Assembly (NCBI GenBank): GCA_964016885.1
Contig: OZ024754.1
Coordinates: 44,082,001-44,146,000 of the forward strand
Source: Eledone cirrhosa
Taxonomy: Eukaryota
DNA length: 64,000 nt
Direction: 5' to 3'
This document shows, one piece after another, positions 41,358-56,076 of this stretch. The position numbers and the translations under genes are program-made. A model generated the notes under the pieces. The model made no database searches, was not told the origin of the DNA, and was given only the letters and a program-made list of their open reading frames with translations. Each line of letters starts with the position of its first letter. Position 1 is the first letter of the stretch.

Positions 41358-41361
<4 letters not shown>
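40958..41361. mobile_element. Fold-back element with complete hammerhead motifs on both strands (family B)
   Basis: Plus motif 41169-41233 and minus motif about 41000-41064. Spacer and 3' tail are homologous to 22396-22782. Confidence 0.72.
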
Positions 41362-41446
<85 letters not shown>

Positions 41447-41580
41447 AAAGTGAACAACACAATATATAACTACTCTATTACCAAAGGTTTCAGGACCCTT
41501 TCAGGTTCACTTTCTAATTAAATAGCTCTGTTTTATACATAGAGTACTCTTTTTTCCTTTTCTTTTTCTTCGGAAATACT

Positions 41581-41625
<45 letters not shown>

Positions 41626-42970
41626 CATACAGACCTGTTCAGCTAATAACAACGAGACTAAGGAGGTACAACAACTATAAACAATCTATAAGATTAAGGA
41701 CGGCATAAACGATAAAACATAATCAACAACATTTCAACAACGTTTCAAACATGGCGCAATAACAAACAGTAGCAACAGAGGAAACATCAAATAATTGTAA
41801 CAAGTATACATCTGTTGGTGTCGGAAGACCTGTCGGCATCTTCTACATAAATATAGAAAGAAACGAAATGAAATTAAAATTACCTCCCTTGATATAGTTT
41901 ACGTTTATCTTACTAAATTTACAATGTCGCCATGTTGTCAGAAAGAAAATAAAATCGTGGAAAGGGACATTTTATTTAAACAAGGACCAATAATCGTTTT
42001 AGGTTGTGGATATGTAAACATTTAATTCATCATCGCCATTGGTTTTTATTGGTTTTTATTAAGTAGTTTATTGATTATTTTTTCCTGAACTGCTGTATCT
42101 GCTGATATGCGTATTAGAAGCAATATCTTATCAATACAGAGAGAAGCGGACTCTAACAAACAAACATGGGTCTTTCATTGGAATTGAGACAACGTGGACT
42201 GTGTTGTGTATGTATGTATGTATGTATGTATGTATGTATGTATGTATGTATGTATGTATGTATGGCGGTATGTATGTATGTATGTATGTATGTATGTATG
42301 TATGTATGTATGTATGTATGTATGTATGGCGGTATGTATGTATGTATGTATGTATGTATGTATGTATGTATGTATGTATGTATGGCGGTATGTTTGTATG
42401 GCGGTATGTATATAAAAACGACGACGACGACAACAACAACAACGACAACGACAACGACAACAACAACAACAACAACAATGGCAACAACAACAACGACGAC
42501 AATCACAAAACTAACAAAATAAATAACAACAGTCACAGCAGCAAAAATAATAGAACTCTTTAAACTCTTTAAATTGGTGAAAATGGGAGGGAAAAAGGAG
42601 CCAAATTAGTTACCTCATCAGAGGTGTTGGCAACAAATGGCAGATAGTGTTGTAGTGCTGTGTGTTAGTAGAAGACGCCCAGAAGCAGCAGCACAAGCTC
42701 AAATTGAGAGGACCTGAAAGGAAATAGGTTGAGTTCGTTGCTAGGGAAATGCAGTTTGGGGGCTTGGAAGTGCTTTTCAAAAACGTGGCTCTTATCCTAC
42801 AACATTCTACAGTACCAACACCACCAACAGCACCATCAGCAGTAACTGCAACATAAGTTGTTCAGGTGTGTTACTGTACCATACACACCTGTGTTATTCG
42901 TTACCGTACCATAAGGTAGATATATGTGTTAAGGTGTGTGTATGTATGTGTGTGGGTATATGTATGTATA

Positions 42971-43017
<47 letters not shown>

Positions 43018-43353
43018 AGAGAGAAAGAGAGAGACTTGCCTTAGTTGTAGTGTAGAATAGTATGTGGATGTAACATTTTCAATTTGTTGTTTCTGACCTT
43101 ATTAACTTATTAATAATTTTTTATTGCAGTTACTCATTAAACTTTGGTTTATGTTTTTTAAAATAATTATTTGACTTAAAATTGAAGGGGAGACATTTCA
43201 ACCTTATATTTTTAAAATAATTATTTGACTTAAAATTAAATGGGAGAGATATTTCAACCCTATGTTTTTTAAAAATTTATTTTATTGAACCCTTTAATGA
43301 TTTGGTATAATTTGAAGTTTAAGTCGTTTTAATTTGTTTTTATTTTTCAATTT

Positions 43354-44070
43354 TCACGAAAGACTTTCAAGGATAGAAAATCTATGTTTGTTGCGTCCCT
43401 CGGAATTATCGCAGTTCTGGTAATGAACGGGTGGCAACAAGTTGTTTGTGTGATTGGTCAACAGAAAATTAGAACAGTTGCACTTTTTACAGTTGCTCCC
43501 TTGCTGTTGACCACTACTCCCAGGTCTCGTAGGCTCACTAGTCTCAATACGAAATTCGAAGTCTTCCGAAGAAGAAAACAAAGCCAATCTTTCGGCTTGA
43601 TCGATTCCCGTCGTTTCTCGATGGTTCCAATCACTTTGCCAATGCCTAAAATGGTTTGACGGTTTTTCACAATTTTTGTTTCGATTTCTTTGATTGTCAT
43701 TGAATTCTTCCAGCAGTTTCGTTGACTCATCATTAGTAGCGCTCTCGCCACCATTACTGTCATAACTATATTCATTTTCTGTCGTCGTTCCGCTATTTTC
43801 ACTAGTTTCAGTCACAGTGTTTAACAGCCTCATCGATTCATCAATTCTACCATATTCCTCCTCCTCCTCCTCAGTCTCATCTGCTCTTTGGTCAAGTGTC
43901 TCATCCTCATCCTTTCTTGCTCCTTCTTCATTTAATTCTACTGCCTGTTCGTCTTCATTTGCTCCATCTACTTCCGTTTTCTCAGCTCCGCCATCTTTGT
44001 TTTCTCCCCCTCTCCCATCTCTTCCATCACTATCAGTATCACCGCCATCTTCCTCATCCTCTCGCACCAT

Positions 44071-44135
<65 letters not shown>

Positions 44136-44637
44136 CTTCTTCTTCTTCTTCTTCTTCTTCTTCTTCTTCTTCTTCTTCTTCTTCTTCTTCTTCTTCTTCT
44201 TCTTCTTCTTCTTCGTCTTCTACCTCCTCGTCTTTCTCTTCATCCTCTCCAGAGAAGCCAATAGTGGCGTAGGTCAACTTAAGATTTGCTTCAGAAACAC
44301 TCCCAGATATCTGGTTGTTGTTTTTATTTCTGTTGTGGTGCTGGTGATGTTGGTGGTGGTGGTGGTGGCGGTGGTGGTGGCGGTGATGCTGGTGATGTTG
44401 GTGTTGATGATGGTGGTGTTCGTGATGTGGGTGTTCGTGATGTTGGGGAACATTGTTGTTGTGTTGGTTGTTTTCCTGCGAACTAAGATGTGTTATGTGA
44501 TCAGAACTTCTGACGAAAGATTTAGGCATTCGAACTTTTTTCGCTCCTCTATAGGGCAGCGCCACTGGCATAATAACAGGCTCCACAATAAGGGGACAGT
44601 AACAGCTAGGAATCGAAGATGACATAAGTTCTTCGTT
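43354..44637 (-). CDS. ALK: ALK/LTK-like RTK terminal exon (C-terminal tail with His, Glu and Gln tracts)
   Basis: Acceptor tttttcgtttcag|AAC, phase 0. NEELMSSSIPSCYCPL aligns with ALK DPDVINTALPIEYGPL. Open to the stop at 43354. Confidence 0.85.
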
Positions 44638-44826
44638 CTGAAACGAAAAAAAAAAAAAAAATAAAGGCAACAGTATTAATTTGTTAAAAGTTTTCATTCT
44701 AGAGTTTGGGAGAGAATTTTATTGTTGTTTTTGAGTCCAAGACTTTTCTGTTTTCATAAACCCATTATTTTTGCGAATTGTATAGATCGACATTGTTAGT
44801 GTATCCTTTCTTTCTTTTTTCTTTTT

Positions 44827-44874
<48 letters not shown>

Positions 44875-45461
44875 TTATTCTTTCTTTCTTTCTTTCTTTG
44901 AAAGGATTTGAAAACAGAACGTAAAGGGCCATAACTCTATGCTGCAAAGCACGGTGCCTGATGCCCTACCGATACTGCCAATGCCTATAAACATCAAAAT
45001 ATATCGTAAAATATAGGCCAGCAAATATCGTATATGGTTATTAATAATTTAGCGTTAAAAAGCGTCTTATGCGAAGGGGGCGTCCAATAAGCCGACAAAT
45101 ACGGTATATTGTTATCAATAATTTAGCGTTAAAAAGCGTCTTATGCGAAGGGGCGTCCAATAAGCCGACAAATACGGTATATTGTTATCAATAATTTAGC
45201 GTTAAAAAACGTGAAAAAAATATATAGTGCCACGAAAAAAGTCACGAATAAATCGCGGAAGATATTTACGATTCCGCGAATATGCGGTGGTTTCTACGAA
45301 CAATTATTAGTTAGGATCTTAGGAAAATTCCGCGAATAACCAGTACCGCGAATGCCGGGGATAAACTGTGTGTATAGGTTGGTAATTTTGGAGTAAAGGG
45401 AGAGAATCGTTCGGTCACACGTGAATGAAAAGAATTCGAGTAATATCGATGGTTGACTGAC

Positions 45462-45552
45462 CTGAGAACATTTCATTATAACTTCCATTATTGCGTTGAA
45501 ATCTGGTCTTTGGTTGGCGTCACTGTTCCAACACGCCAACATCACTTCAAAT
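45462..45552 (-). CDS. ALK: ALK-like kinase exon (human exon 28 equivalent)
   Basis: 91 bp, FEVMLACWNSDANQRPDFNAIMEVIMKCSQ, AG/GT flanks. Confidence 0.92.
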
Positions 45553-46165
45553 CTGTAAGGTTCAAGAATAGAGACAATTGTTTCTTATTTTGACACAAGG
45601 CCAGAAATTTGGGAGACGAAGGAGGGAGAGAAGGAGGGAGAGAGGGAGGGAAAAGTTGATTATATCGACCCAGTATTTGACAGGTATTTTTGTTTTATTA
45701 TCAATCTTGAAAGGACGAAAGGCAAAATTGACTTCGGCGGGATTTGAACTCAGTACGTAAAAAAGCCAAAATAAATATTGTAAAATATTTGTTGAACGCT
45801 CTAACGACCCTGTCATTTCAGGTGTGTGTGTGGTGGTGGTGGTGGTGGTGGTGGTGGGTGGAGGTTAAACAGAGTGGGCTCTGTTAAAGACACCCAAGGG
45901 CCAGTGAGGGTGTTAAACAGAGTTGACTTTTTTTTTAGGGCAAATGCATTCGATGTTCAGAGAGTAGGATTGACTCGGAGGAAAGACTTTCCTCATTTAA
46001 AAAAAAAAGCTTCAAACATGCATCGCTTGGTATGTGACATTTTTTTGTGATGCATGACATAGCTGGCCAAATGTGGGTCCTAGCAAGAGTCTGTGTGTGT
46101 GTATATACATACATGTGTGTGTGTGTGTGTATATATATATGTGTGTGTGTGTGTATATACATACA

Positions 46166-46198
<33 letters not shown>

Positions 46199-46278
46199 GT
46201 GTGTGTGCGTATATACATATATATGTGTGTGTGTGTATATGTCTGTGATAAGTACTGTGTGAGGGGGTGGAGAAGAGT

Positions 46279-46505
<227 letters not shown>

Positions 46506-46879
46506 TCATAAACTCCAGTTATTTGGGAGTTGGTAAGTAAAGAACTTATGAAATGTGTCATAGTTAAATAGGTACTACAGCAGTAGCAACAACAACAACA
46601 GCAACAACAGTAATAACGGCAGCTGCTATAACAACAACAGAAGCAATACTGAGAGAGAGAAAGAGAGCGAGAGAGAGAGAGAGAGGGGGGGGGGGGGAAA
46701 GAGTGAAATGGAGAAAGAGAGAGAAAAGAAGAAAGAGATAGAGAGAAGAGGAGAAAGAGAGAAAGGGAGGAAGAAAGAGAGAGACGGAGGGAGGGAGATA
46801 AGGTGTGAATGAGGAAGAGATTGGAAGAAAGAGAGAGAACAAAGAAAGAATGGGATGGAGAAAGGGAGAGAGAGTGGGG

Positions 46880-46934
<55 letters not shown>

Positions 46935-47102
46935 GGGGCAGAAAGAGAGAAAGAAAGGGAGAAAGAGAGACAAAGAGAGATGGAGAGAGAAGAATCGACC
47001 CAGGACGAACAGCGGCAGACATTCTGTCCAGCATCCCCAACAATTTGTCCAATTGACCATCTTAAAACACATCATTTGAGAAATATAAGAATGTCTTAAT
47101 TA

Positions 47103-47267
<165 letters not shown>

Positions 47268-47417
47268 TTACCCAGTACATTACTGGTACTTTATTTTATC
47301 GACCCCGTAAGGATGAAAGGCAAAGTTAACCTCGACGGGATTTGAACTCAGACTGCAAAAGGCCGTAACTCTATGCTGCAAATACGGCCAATTAATGATA
47401 ATGTGAGGAGAGAGCTA

Positions 47418-47612
<195 letters not shown>

Positions 47613-47645
47613 TTACATACACATACACATTCATATCCATATATG

Positions 47646-47685
<40 letters not shown>

Positions 47686-47874
47686 CGAAGGAAATGTGGT
47701 AAGGAACCAGGTGGACCATAACGCACCAAAGTACTCAATACTTAGGGTAGTAGAGTGGGTAATAGGAACAAGTAAGACCCCGACGGCTGAGCTCAAGCCG
47801 TTTCGACGGCTAATTCTGAGTCCAGAATTAGCCGTCGAAACGGCTTGAGCTCAGCCGTCGGGGTCTTACTGGTT

Positions 47875-47937
<63 letters not shown>

Positions 47938-48252
47938 AAAAGGAATCGAAAATGCAACTGGAGTCTTTTTACAGTTCTTATGCTTTTCCAAAGTAGATTT
48001 GAGATGATGGAGGGTTTGTGGTTTTTCTCATTATATCGTATCATTGGCATCCGTCAGTCTGGAAAGGTCAGGGGTCGGTACCTGAAGAATTTTGCGACAA
48101 CTGCTGACGGCGGTGCAGGCCTACACGGGAATAACAGTCTTGTATACAGTGACTGCATTTGTAGATGCTCTCCTCCGTGCATGTGTGTATATATGTGTGT
48201 ATATATGTGTGTATATATGTGTGTGTGTGTGTAAATACATATGCACACACAT

Positions 48253-48360
<108 letters not shown>

Positions 48361-48470
48361 CACATGCACGTATATCCTTAAATAGATAAAGACATACAAA
48401 GCTTCATAAATAGACAGATAGACAGATAGACATTCAAGCAAATATCAATTTAAAAAGAAACAATCTTTAC

Positions 48471-48568
48471 CGATGAATGAATCTGTTCTTGGCCAAATGT
48501 TGGCATCCTTTAGCCACGTGCAAAGTAAAGGTCATTAAATCTCTGGTACAAATTGTTGGGGGTACATC
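48471..48568 (-). CDS. ALK: ALK-like kinase exon (exon 24 equivalent)
   Basis: 98 bp, DVPPTICTRDLMTFTLHVAKGCQHLAKNRFIHR. Confidence 0.93.
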
Positions 48569-48599
48569 CTGTCATAGAAGAGAATTAAGTCCATTAGTA

Positions 48600-48897
48600 C
48601 AGGGTCCCCAAACACCGGGTCGCGGACCGGTACCAGTCCGTGGATCAATTGCTACCGGGCCTCAAAGATATAATTAATTTTTAAAAAAATTATATAATAG
48701 ATAAATTGAATATTGGACTTGAATTAAAAAAGATTTGTTTAAATATTCAATATTCATCAACTTTAATAAATTGCTCTTTTTATTATTGCTCTCTTTATCG
48801 AAATGTACTGAAATAACATATATGTGTAACTACGAGTCTACAGAGAGATTGTCCAGCAGGAAGCCGGTCCGTGGTATAAAAAAGTTGGCGACCACTA
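48600..48897. mobile_element. hAT-like MITE
   Basis: Ends cagggtccccaaac..cggaccggtaccagtccgtgg and ccggtccgtggtataaaaaagttggcgaccact resemble hAT/Charlie termini. Confidence 0.55.
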
Positions 48898-49053
48898 CCG
48901 TACAATGTTTTCAGTTTTAACAGTAATAGACGATAAGGATATCAACTGTAAATACTTGTTTCTATTTTTGGCACAAGACCAGCACTTTTTGTGTGTGTTC
49001 AAAAACAAGATGATGTAGAAAGGAGCAAAGGAGGGTCACAAAATAAGAAATCA

Positions 49054-49096
49054 GTCACTAAGGAGGTCAAATAATGTGTGACGAAAGAGCTTTGAC
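49054..49096 (+). ncRNA. Degenerate family F hammerhead motif
   Basis: gtca-CTAAGGA-g-gtca..tgac-GAAA-gagc-TT-tgac. Confidence 0.45.
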
Positions 49097-49182
49097 AATA
49101 TATAAACAACCATCCGGTTATTGAACCAACCAATCAGCCAACCAACTGGAAATTTAAAATAAATTGAAGTGAAAACCAACAG

Positions 49183-49281
<99 letters not shown>

Positions 49282-50394
49282 TATTTCACGTTGTTCCAGT
49301 CCATTCAGCTGGCAAAATTGAGTTGTACTTGTAGTTCGAAGGGCCAACCTTGTCACATTTTGTGTCACGCCGAATCTCCCTGAGAACTACGTTAAGAGTA
49401 CATGTGTTTGTGGAATACTCAGCTACTAGCACGTAAATTTCATGAGCTGGCTGTTCCGTTGATCAGATCAACTGGAACATTCGTCGTCGTATCCGACGGA
49501 GTGCCTTCCATTCTATTCCATTCCGCCCACTTCCTTTGATGTACTCCTTAATTGGTTCATGGGTTCCTAGGTAATTCCATATTCTTGGTATATTGTCAGT
49601 TGAGTGAATTCACGTTGGACAACACTACAGCATAGCTTTAATTCCCTCAAATACCAATATGTTAAGAAAATGAAACATGGAACTATTGGATGGATAGCAT
49701 TAAGGAGTTCTTCAAAGGATATCTTGGATGTACAAACGAAACCATGGCCAATGATATATATTATATATTATAGGGCGGTGAATTGGCAAAGTTTGTTTTC
49801 GATCTTAATATGTTGGATACCTAAATGTCTTCGAGAATAACAATATTATAATAATATCATAATATTACATTAACTATTAGAAAAACCACCCTCGGGTGGG
49901 TTTTCTGCTAGCATGTGTAGTGTGTATATTGATATTATACGCAAGTATATATACATGTAGATATGATACATGTATAGTGTGTATATTGATATTATACGCA
50001 GGTATATATACATGTAGATATGATACATCAAATAAAATCGTAATTGACAATATACACAGAAATTGAAGGAAGACTGCGTTACACTGTCTTATGTAATCAG
50101 TAAAGTAATACAAGATACATTAAAAAAAGACGATATTATATATAAACTACATTAGGAGAAAATTAGTGACAGAAAATTAATATGTTTATTTAAGCGATGG
50201 CGAATCGGAAGTGTTGACATTTCAGAAATTTTAAAGAAGTGAATCTTTAAATAAATAATAAAATATATTTAATGAACAGCCACGAAATTTAGTAGATAAA
50301 TTATGTAATATTCATTCATTATTTATTCAATGGGATAAAAAATTATAAACCGTACGCAGTCCCGCACTTCTTACTTTATTATAGTTTAGATATT

Positions 50395-50580
50395 CGGTGA
50401 ATTGGCAGTATCAGTAGAGGGTTGGACGTCATGCTTTCTAGCATAGTTACGTCCCTTTACAGTCTGAGTTCAAATCCCGTCGAGATTAACTTTGCCTTTC
50501 ATCCTTACGGGGTCGATAAAATAAAGTACCAGTAATGTACTGGGTAATTGCTGGCATTGTGCCAAAATTAGAAACAATTA
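50395..50580 (+). mobile_element. Nin/Deu-core tRNA SINE
   Basis: Head ggtgaattggcagtatc.., B-box gagttcaaatcc and the core. Confidence 0.75.
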
Positions 50581-50596
50581 TATATTAATATATATA

Positions 50597-50751
50597 TACC
50601 GTATTTCCCGGCATCAAAGACGCTACTTTTTCCCTAAAATAAGTCTCAAAAATCTACCATGCGTCCTGGAGGCCGAAGGTTGTTTCAAATTTTTCGTTGT
50701 CAAAATTAAGGTGCGTCCTCGAGGACGTCTTCGGCGGCGCCGAGAAATACA

Positions 50752-50754
<3 letters not shown>
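50597..50754. mobile_element. pogo/Tigger-like MITE
   Basis: taccgtatttcccggc ... gccgagaaatacagt inverted ends, flanked by TA runs. Confidence 0.55.
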
Positions 50755-50817
<63 letters not shown>

Positions 50818-50992
50818 TCATGTATTTATTTTATATATATATATATGTCAATCTATTTCTAGTTGATATACATAAAATATATATATTTATACATAATAGA
50901 TGCAACAATTTCAGATGTGCTTCCAACGTGAGACGTTTCCAAAATCAAAGTCTTCGCAGAATATCGTTTCCTCCTGGTACTAATATATATTG

Positions 50993-51196
50993 TTATGACT
51001 TAATATATAATATAAAATAAGATTTGCCAGGTGGTATTATCAAGTTAGACATGACGTGGGCAAATACTGGCAGAAATAATATATATTATATCTTTAATGA
51101 CTTTAATAAATGTTTCTGCCAGTATTGGCCCACGTCATTTCTAACTGGATAACACCACCTGGCAAATCCTATTATATATTATATATTAAGTCATAA
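50993..51196. mobile_element. MITE-like hairpin
   Basis: About 85-bp imperfect inverted arms (ttatgacttaatatata..tgccaggtggt..ctggcagaaa / tttctgccag..accacctggca..tatattaagtcataa). Confidence 0.7.
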
Positions 51197-51653
51197 GCTA
51201 GGTAGGTAACTAATTAAAATTTGACTAGAACTTCAAATATAGATACCTAAAATGATTAATCTCCTTTGTATATATTTCTTTAAGTAAGAAATATATTTCA
51301 CCTATTAATCCGTAAATCACAGCACTTAAATTCTTGGATGATCACCAAAGGAGAAGAAAATAACCATGTGTTTACACAGCAAATGCAAATCTGTGAATGA
51401 TTCGAACCATGTGTTGCATTTTTAAAAATATACACTCGTTGAACAACGTCATCCCGTATATGTATGTATAAATATATATATTTTATGTACATGTTTGTAT
51501 ACGTTTGTCTATATTAGGTATATGTACGCATAAGTACATATATATATATTATGTATATATATGTATATAAAAGGTAAACATAAATAACAACACAATCGGT
51601 ACAGTATATGGAAGGGATATATTAGTTTAACGCTTGAAATAGTAGGAAGAGTG

Positions 51654-51689
51654 TCTTAACGTTTCAGACGCTAGTCCTTCACCAGAAGA
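51654..51689 (-). ncRNA. Family A hammerhead motif (CTGGTGA variant)
   Basis: Minus: tctt-CTGGTGA-a-ggac-tagc-gtct-GAAA-cg-TT-aaga. Confidence 0.5.
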
Positions 51690-51764
51690 AAGAATGAGAA
51701 ATTAGAAGTATTGTATATATTATGTATATGTTGATAGTTATAATTCTATACTTCATATACTTAC

Positions 51765-51894
51765 GGGTTTCGGTCGGTTTTCACGAAGATAGTTGCGCAA
51801 GTCTCCACCACTTAGTAACTCGAGTACAATATACTTGGGGTGGGATTCGAAACACACCCCAAGGAACTTGACGATGTTCGGGTGGTTGAATTTA
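51765..51894 (-). CDS. ALK: ALK-like kinase exon (exon 23 equivalent)
   Basis: 130 bp, KFNHPNIVKFLGVCFESHPKYIVLELLSGGDLRNYLRENRPKP. Confidence 0.95.
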
Positions 51895-51931
51895 CTGCAG
51901 AAACAACAACAACAATGAGAACTATATCAGC

Positions 51932-51967
<36 letters not shown>

Positions 51968-52171
51968 ATCTATAACAACAAACTCCGTAACTGACACTCT
52001 TGTGGACACGACAAGAAAAACTGTACATTGGATCATATAGTCCTAGATACACTATGTCTGATAGCTACTAATACTAACTACTGTACTGTACATGAAAAAG
52101 CCACTCTTGCAAAATCGGGATATTTAGAGGTCGTTGTGTGTGAACCACAGACTCATATGTCCTCTGATGGA

Positions 52172-53511
52172 ACACCTAGCCAAGCTCTGTAGCTGACACT
52201 GTTGTGGACACAAGGACAGTAATGTGTTCAGCTGTGGCGGGACCACACCTAGCCAAGCTCTGTAGCTGACACTGTTGTGGACACAAGGACAGCAATGTGT
52301 TCAGCTGTGGCGGGACCACACCTAGCCAAGCTCTGTAGCTGACACTGTTGTGGACACAAGGACAGCAATGTGTTCAGCTGTGGCGGGACCACACCTAGCC
52401 AAGCTCTGTAGCTGACACTGTTGTGGACACAAGGACAGCAATGTGTTCAGCTGTGGCGGGACCACACCTAGCCAAGCTCTGTAGCTGACACTGTTGTGGA
52501 CACAAGGACAGCAATGTGTTCAGCTGTGGCGGGACCACACCTAGCCAAGCTCTGTAGCTGACACTGTTGTGGACACAAGGACAGCAATGTGTTCAGCTGT
52601 GGCGGGACCACACCTAGCCAAGCTCTGTAGCTGACACTGTTGTGGACACAAGGACAGCAATGTGTTCAGCTGTGGCGGGACCACACCTAGCCAAGCTCTG
52701 TAGCTGACACTGTTGTGGACACAAGGACAGCAATGTGTTCAGCTGTGGCGGGACCACACCTAGCCAAGCTCTGTAGCTGACACTGTTGTGGACACAAGGA
52801 CAGCAATGTGTTCAGCTGTGGCGGGACCACACCTAGCCAAGCTCTGTAGCTGACACTGTTGTGGACACAAGGACAGCAATGTGTTCAGCTGTGGCGGGAC
52901 CACACCTAGCCAAGCTCTGTAGCTGACACTGTTGTGGACACAAGGACAGCAATGTGTTCAGCTGTGGCGGGACCACACCTAGCCAAGCTCTGTAGCTGAC
53001 ACTGTTGTGGACACAAGGACAGCAATGTGCTCAGCTGTGGCGGGACCACACCTAGCCAAGCTCTGTAGCTGACACTGTTGTGGACACAAGGACAGCAATG
53101 TGTTCAGCTGTGGCGGGACCACACCTAGCCAAGCTCTGTAGCTGACACTGTTGTGGACACAAGGACAGCAATGTGTTCAGCTGTGGCGGGACCACACCTA
53201 GCCAAGCTCTGTAGCTGACACTGTTGTGGACACAAGGACAGCAATGTGTTCAGCTGTGGCGGGACCACATCTTGCCAAGCTCTGTAGCTGACACTGTTGT
53301 GGACACAAGGACAGCAATGTGTTCAGCTGTGGCGGGACCACATCTTGCCAAGCTCTGTAGCTGACACTGTTGTGGACACAAGGACAGCAATGTGTTCAGC
53401 TGTGGCGGGACCACACCTAGCCAAGCTCTGTAGCTGACACTGTTGTGGACACAAGGACAGCAATGTGTTCAGCTGTGGTGGGACCACACCTAGCCAAGCT
53501 CTGTAGCTGAG
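52172..53511. repeat. 73-bp minisatellite, about 18 near-identical copies, in an ALK intron
   Basis: Unit acacctagccaagctctgtagctgacactgttgtggacacaaggacagcaatgtgttcagctgtggcgggacc. Confidence 0.97.
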
Positions 53512-54178
53512 ACTCTGGCAAGACGAAGATTAGTTGACTTGGGTAGATTTGTGTGGTTCTGTCATCGAATTTCTGCAGATAACATCAAGCCTAATATTTC
53601 TGTCTGAATGTTTTAACTGGTCCATTTCCTCTCTGTCCATACTCACAGGATATTGGCCAGGAACTATCTTGCCGCCCCCTCCCTTTCCTCTCCTCTCCCT
53701 TTCACGTTGTTTTTTTCCTTTCTTTTTCTCTTTTTTTTCTCTATATTTTCCTATTCTTTTTTCTTTAGTTTTCTTTTCTTTTTTTATTGATGCTGGTAGT
53801 GTTGCTGTTGGTGGTGTTTGTAGTGGTGGTGTTGGTGGTGTTGGTGTTGATGTTGGTGTTGATGATATTGTTGTTGTTAATGTTGTAGTAGTAGTTGTTG
53901 TTGTTGTTGAAGTATAAAAAAAAAGACATATAATGAAAGAGTGAAGACATGTGAGAATGTTCGGTCATTGAACTACAATCACATTCGACTATTGCGCTCA
54001 TTGATCCCCCCACCACTTCACTCCCCACCCCACTCTCCACCATCGCCAACACATCGTCTGCTACGAATTTTATCAATGTGTATTTTTCGAGTTGCTAAGT
54101 TATATATTTTTAAATAAGATCAATTTTAACCGGCGGTCTTTTATCAAAAACACACAAACATATACTTGTAAACACACA

Positions 54179-54275
<97 letters not shown>

Positions 54276-54333
54276 CACTCTCACACACACTCACACACAC
54301 ACATACAAACACCCTCTCTCACACACACACACT

Positions 54334-54389
<56 letters not shown>

Positions 54390-54771
54390 TGAATAGATAG
54401 ATAGGGTGAGAGAGAGAGTGAGAAGGAGAGTGAGATAGAGATAGATAGAGATAGATAGAGGGAGAGTGAGAGAGGTAGAGAGAGATAGAGATAGATAGAT
54501 AGATAGAGAGAGAGGGAGATAGAGAGAGAGAGAGAAAGAGAGAGGGAGATAGAGCTAGATAGATAGAGAGAGATGGTGATGATGACGCCGATGATGATGA
54601 TGACGACAATGGTATTATTTCCTTCCAATCTGTTAAATTTCAATTAAAATGAGAAATACTTGCCAAGATTCATCTCTCCCCCCCCCTCCTCCCCCTCTAG
54701 TTTAGTTCCTAATCGAACACTGTAATCTTCTCCCCCCCCTCTCTCTCTCTCTAATCCCGGACAATTCTTCC

Positions 54772-56050
54772 TCCCACACCACCACCATACCACCAACATA
54801 CCACCACCACCACTATCTCCCACACCAACACCACCACCCTACCACCAACATACCACCACCACCACTATCTCACACACCACCACCACCATGCCACCAACAT
54901 ACCACCACCACTATCTCACACCAACACCACCACCATACCACCAACATACCACCACCACCACTATCTCACACACCACCACCACCATACCACCAACATACCA
55001 CCACCACCACTATCTCACACACCACCACCACCATGCCACCAACATACCACCACCACTATCTCACACCAACACCACCACCATACCACCAACATACCACCAC
55101 CACCACTATCTCACACACCACCACCACCATGCCACCAACATACCACCACCACTATCTCACACCAACACCACCACCATACCACCAACATACCACCACCACC
55201 ACTATCTCACACACCACCACCAACATACCACCACCACTATCTCACACCAACACCACCACCATACCACCAACATACCACCACCACCACTATCTCACACACC
55301 ACCACCACCATGCCACCAACATACCACCACCACTATCTCACACCAACACCACCACCATACCACCAGCATACCACCACCACCACTATCTCACACACCACCA
55401 CCACCATGCCACCAACATACCACCACCACTATCTCACACCAACACCACCACCATACCACCAACATACCACCACCACCACTATCTCACACACCACCACCAC
55501 CATGCCACCAACATACCACCACCACTATCTCACACCAACACCACCACCATACCACCAACATACCACCACCACCACTATCTCACACACCACCACCACCATA
55601 CCACCAACATACCACCACCACCACTATCTCACACACCACCACCACCATACCACCAACATACCACCACCACCACTATCTCACACACCACCATACCACCAAC
55701 ATACCACCACCACCACTATCTCACACACCACCACCACCATACCACCAACATACCACCACCATACCACCAACATACCACCACCACCACTATCTCACACACC
55801 ACCATACCACCAACATACCACCACCACCACTATCTCACACACCACCACCACCATACCACCAACATACCACCACCACCACTATCTCACACACCACCACCCC
55901 CAACATACCACCACCACCACTATCTCACACACCACCAACACCACCACCATACCACCACCACCACCACCACCACCACCACCACCATACCACCAACATACCA
56001 CCACCACCACTATCTCCCACACCACCACCACCACCACCACCACCACCACC
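54772..56050. repeat. (ACC)-rich minisatellite
   Basis: ccaccaacataccaccaccactatctcacac-type units. Confidence 0.95.
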
Positions 56051-56076
56051 ATGATAGATATTCAAATAAAACTGAC

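Noticed and set aside
50395-50480. tRNA gene
   Set aside because: A/B-box similarity only; it is a SINE head with no full cloverleaf.
52172-53511. CRISPR-like regular array
   Set aside because: No unique spacers, eukaryotic context and no cas genes.
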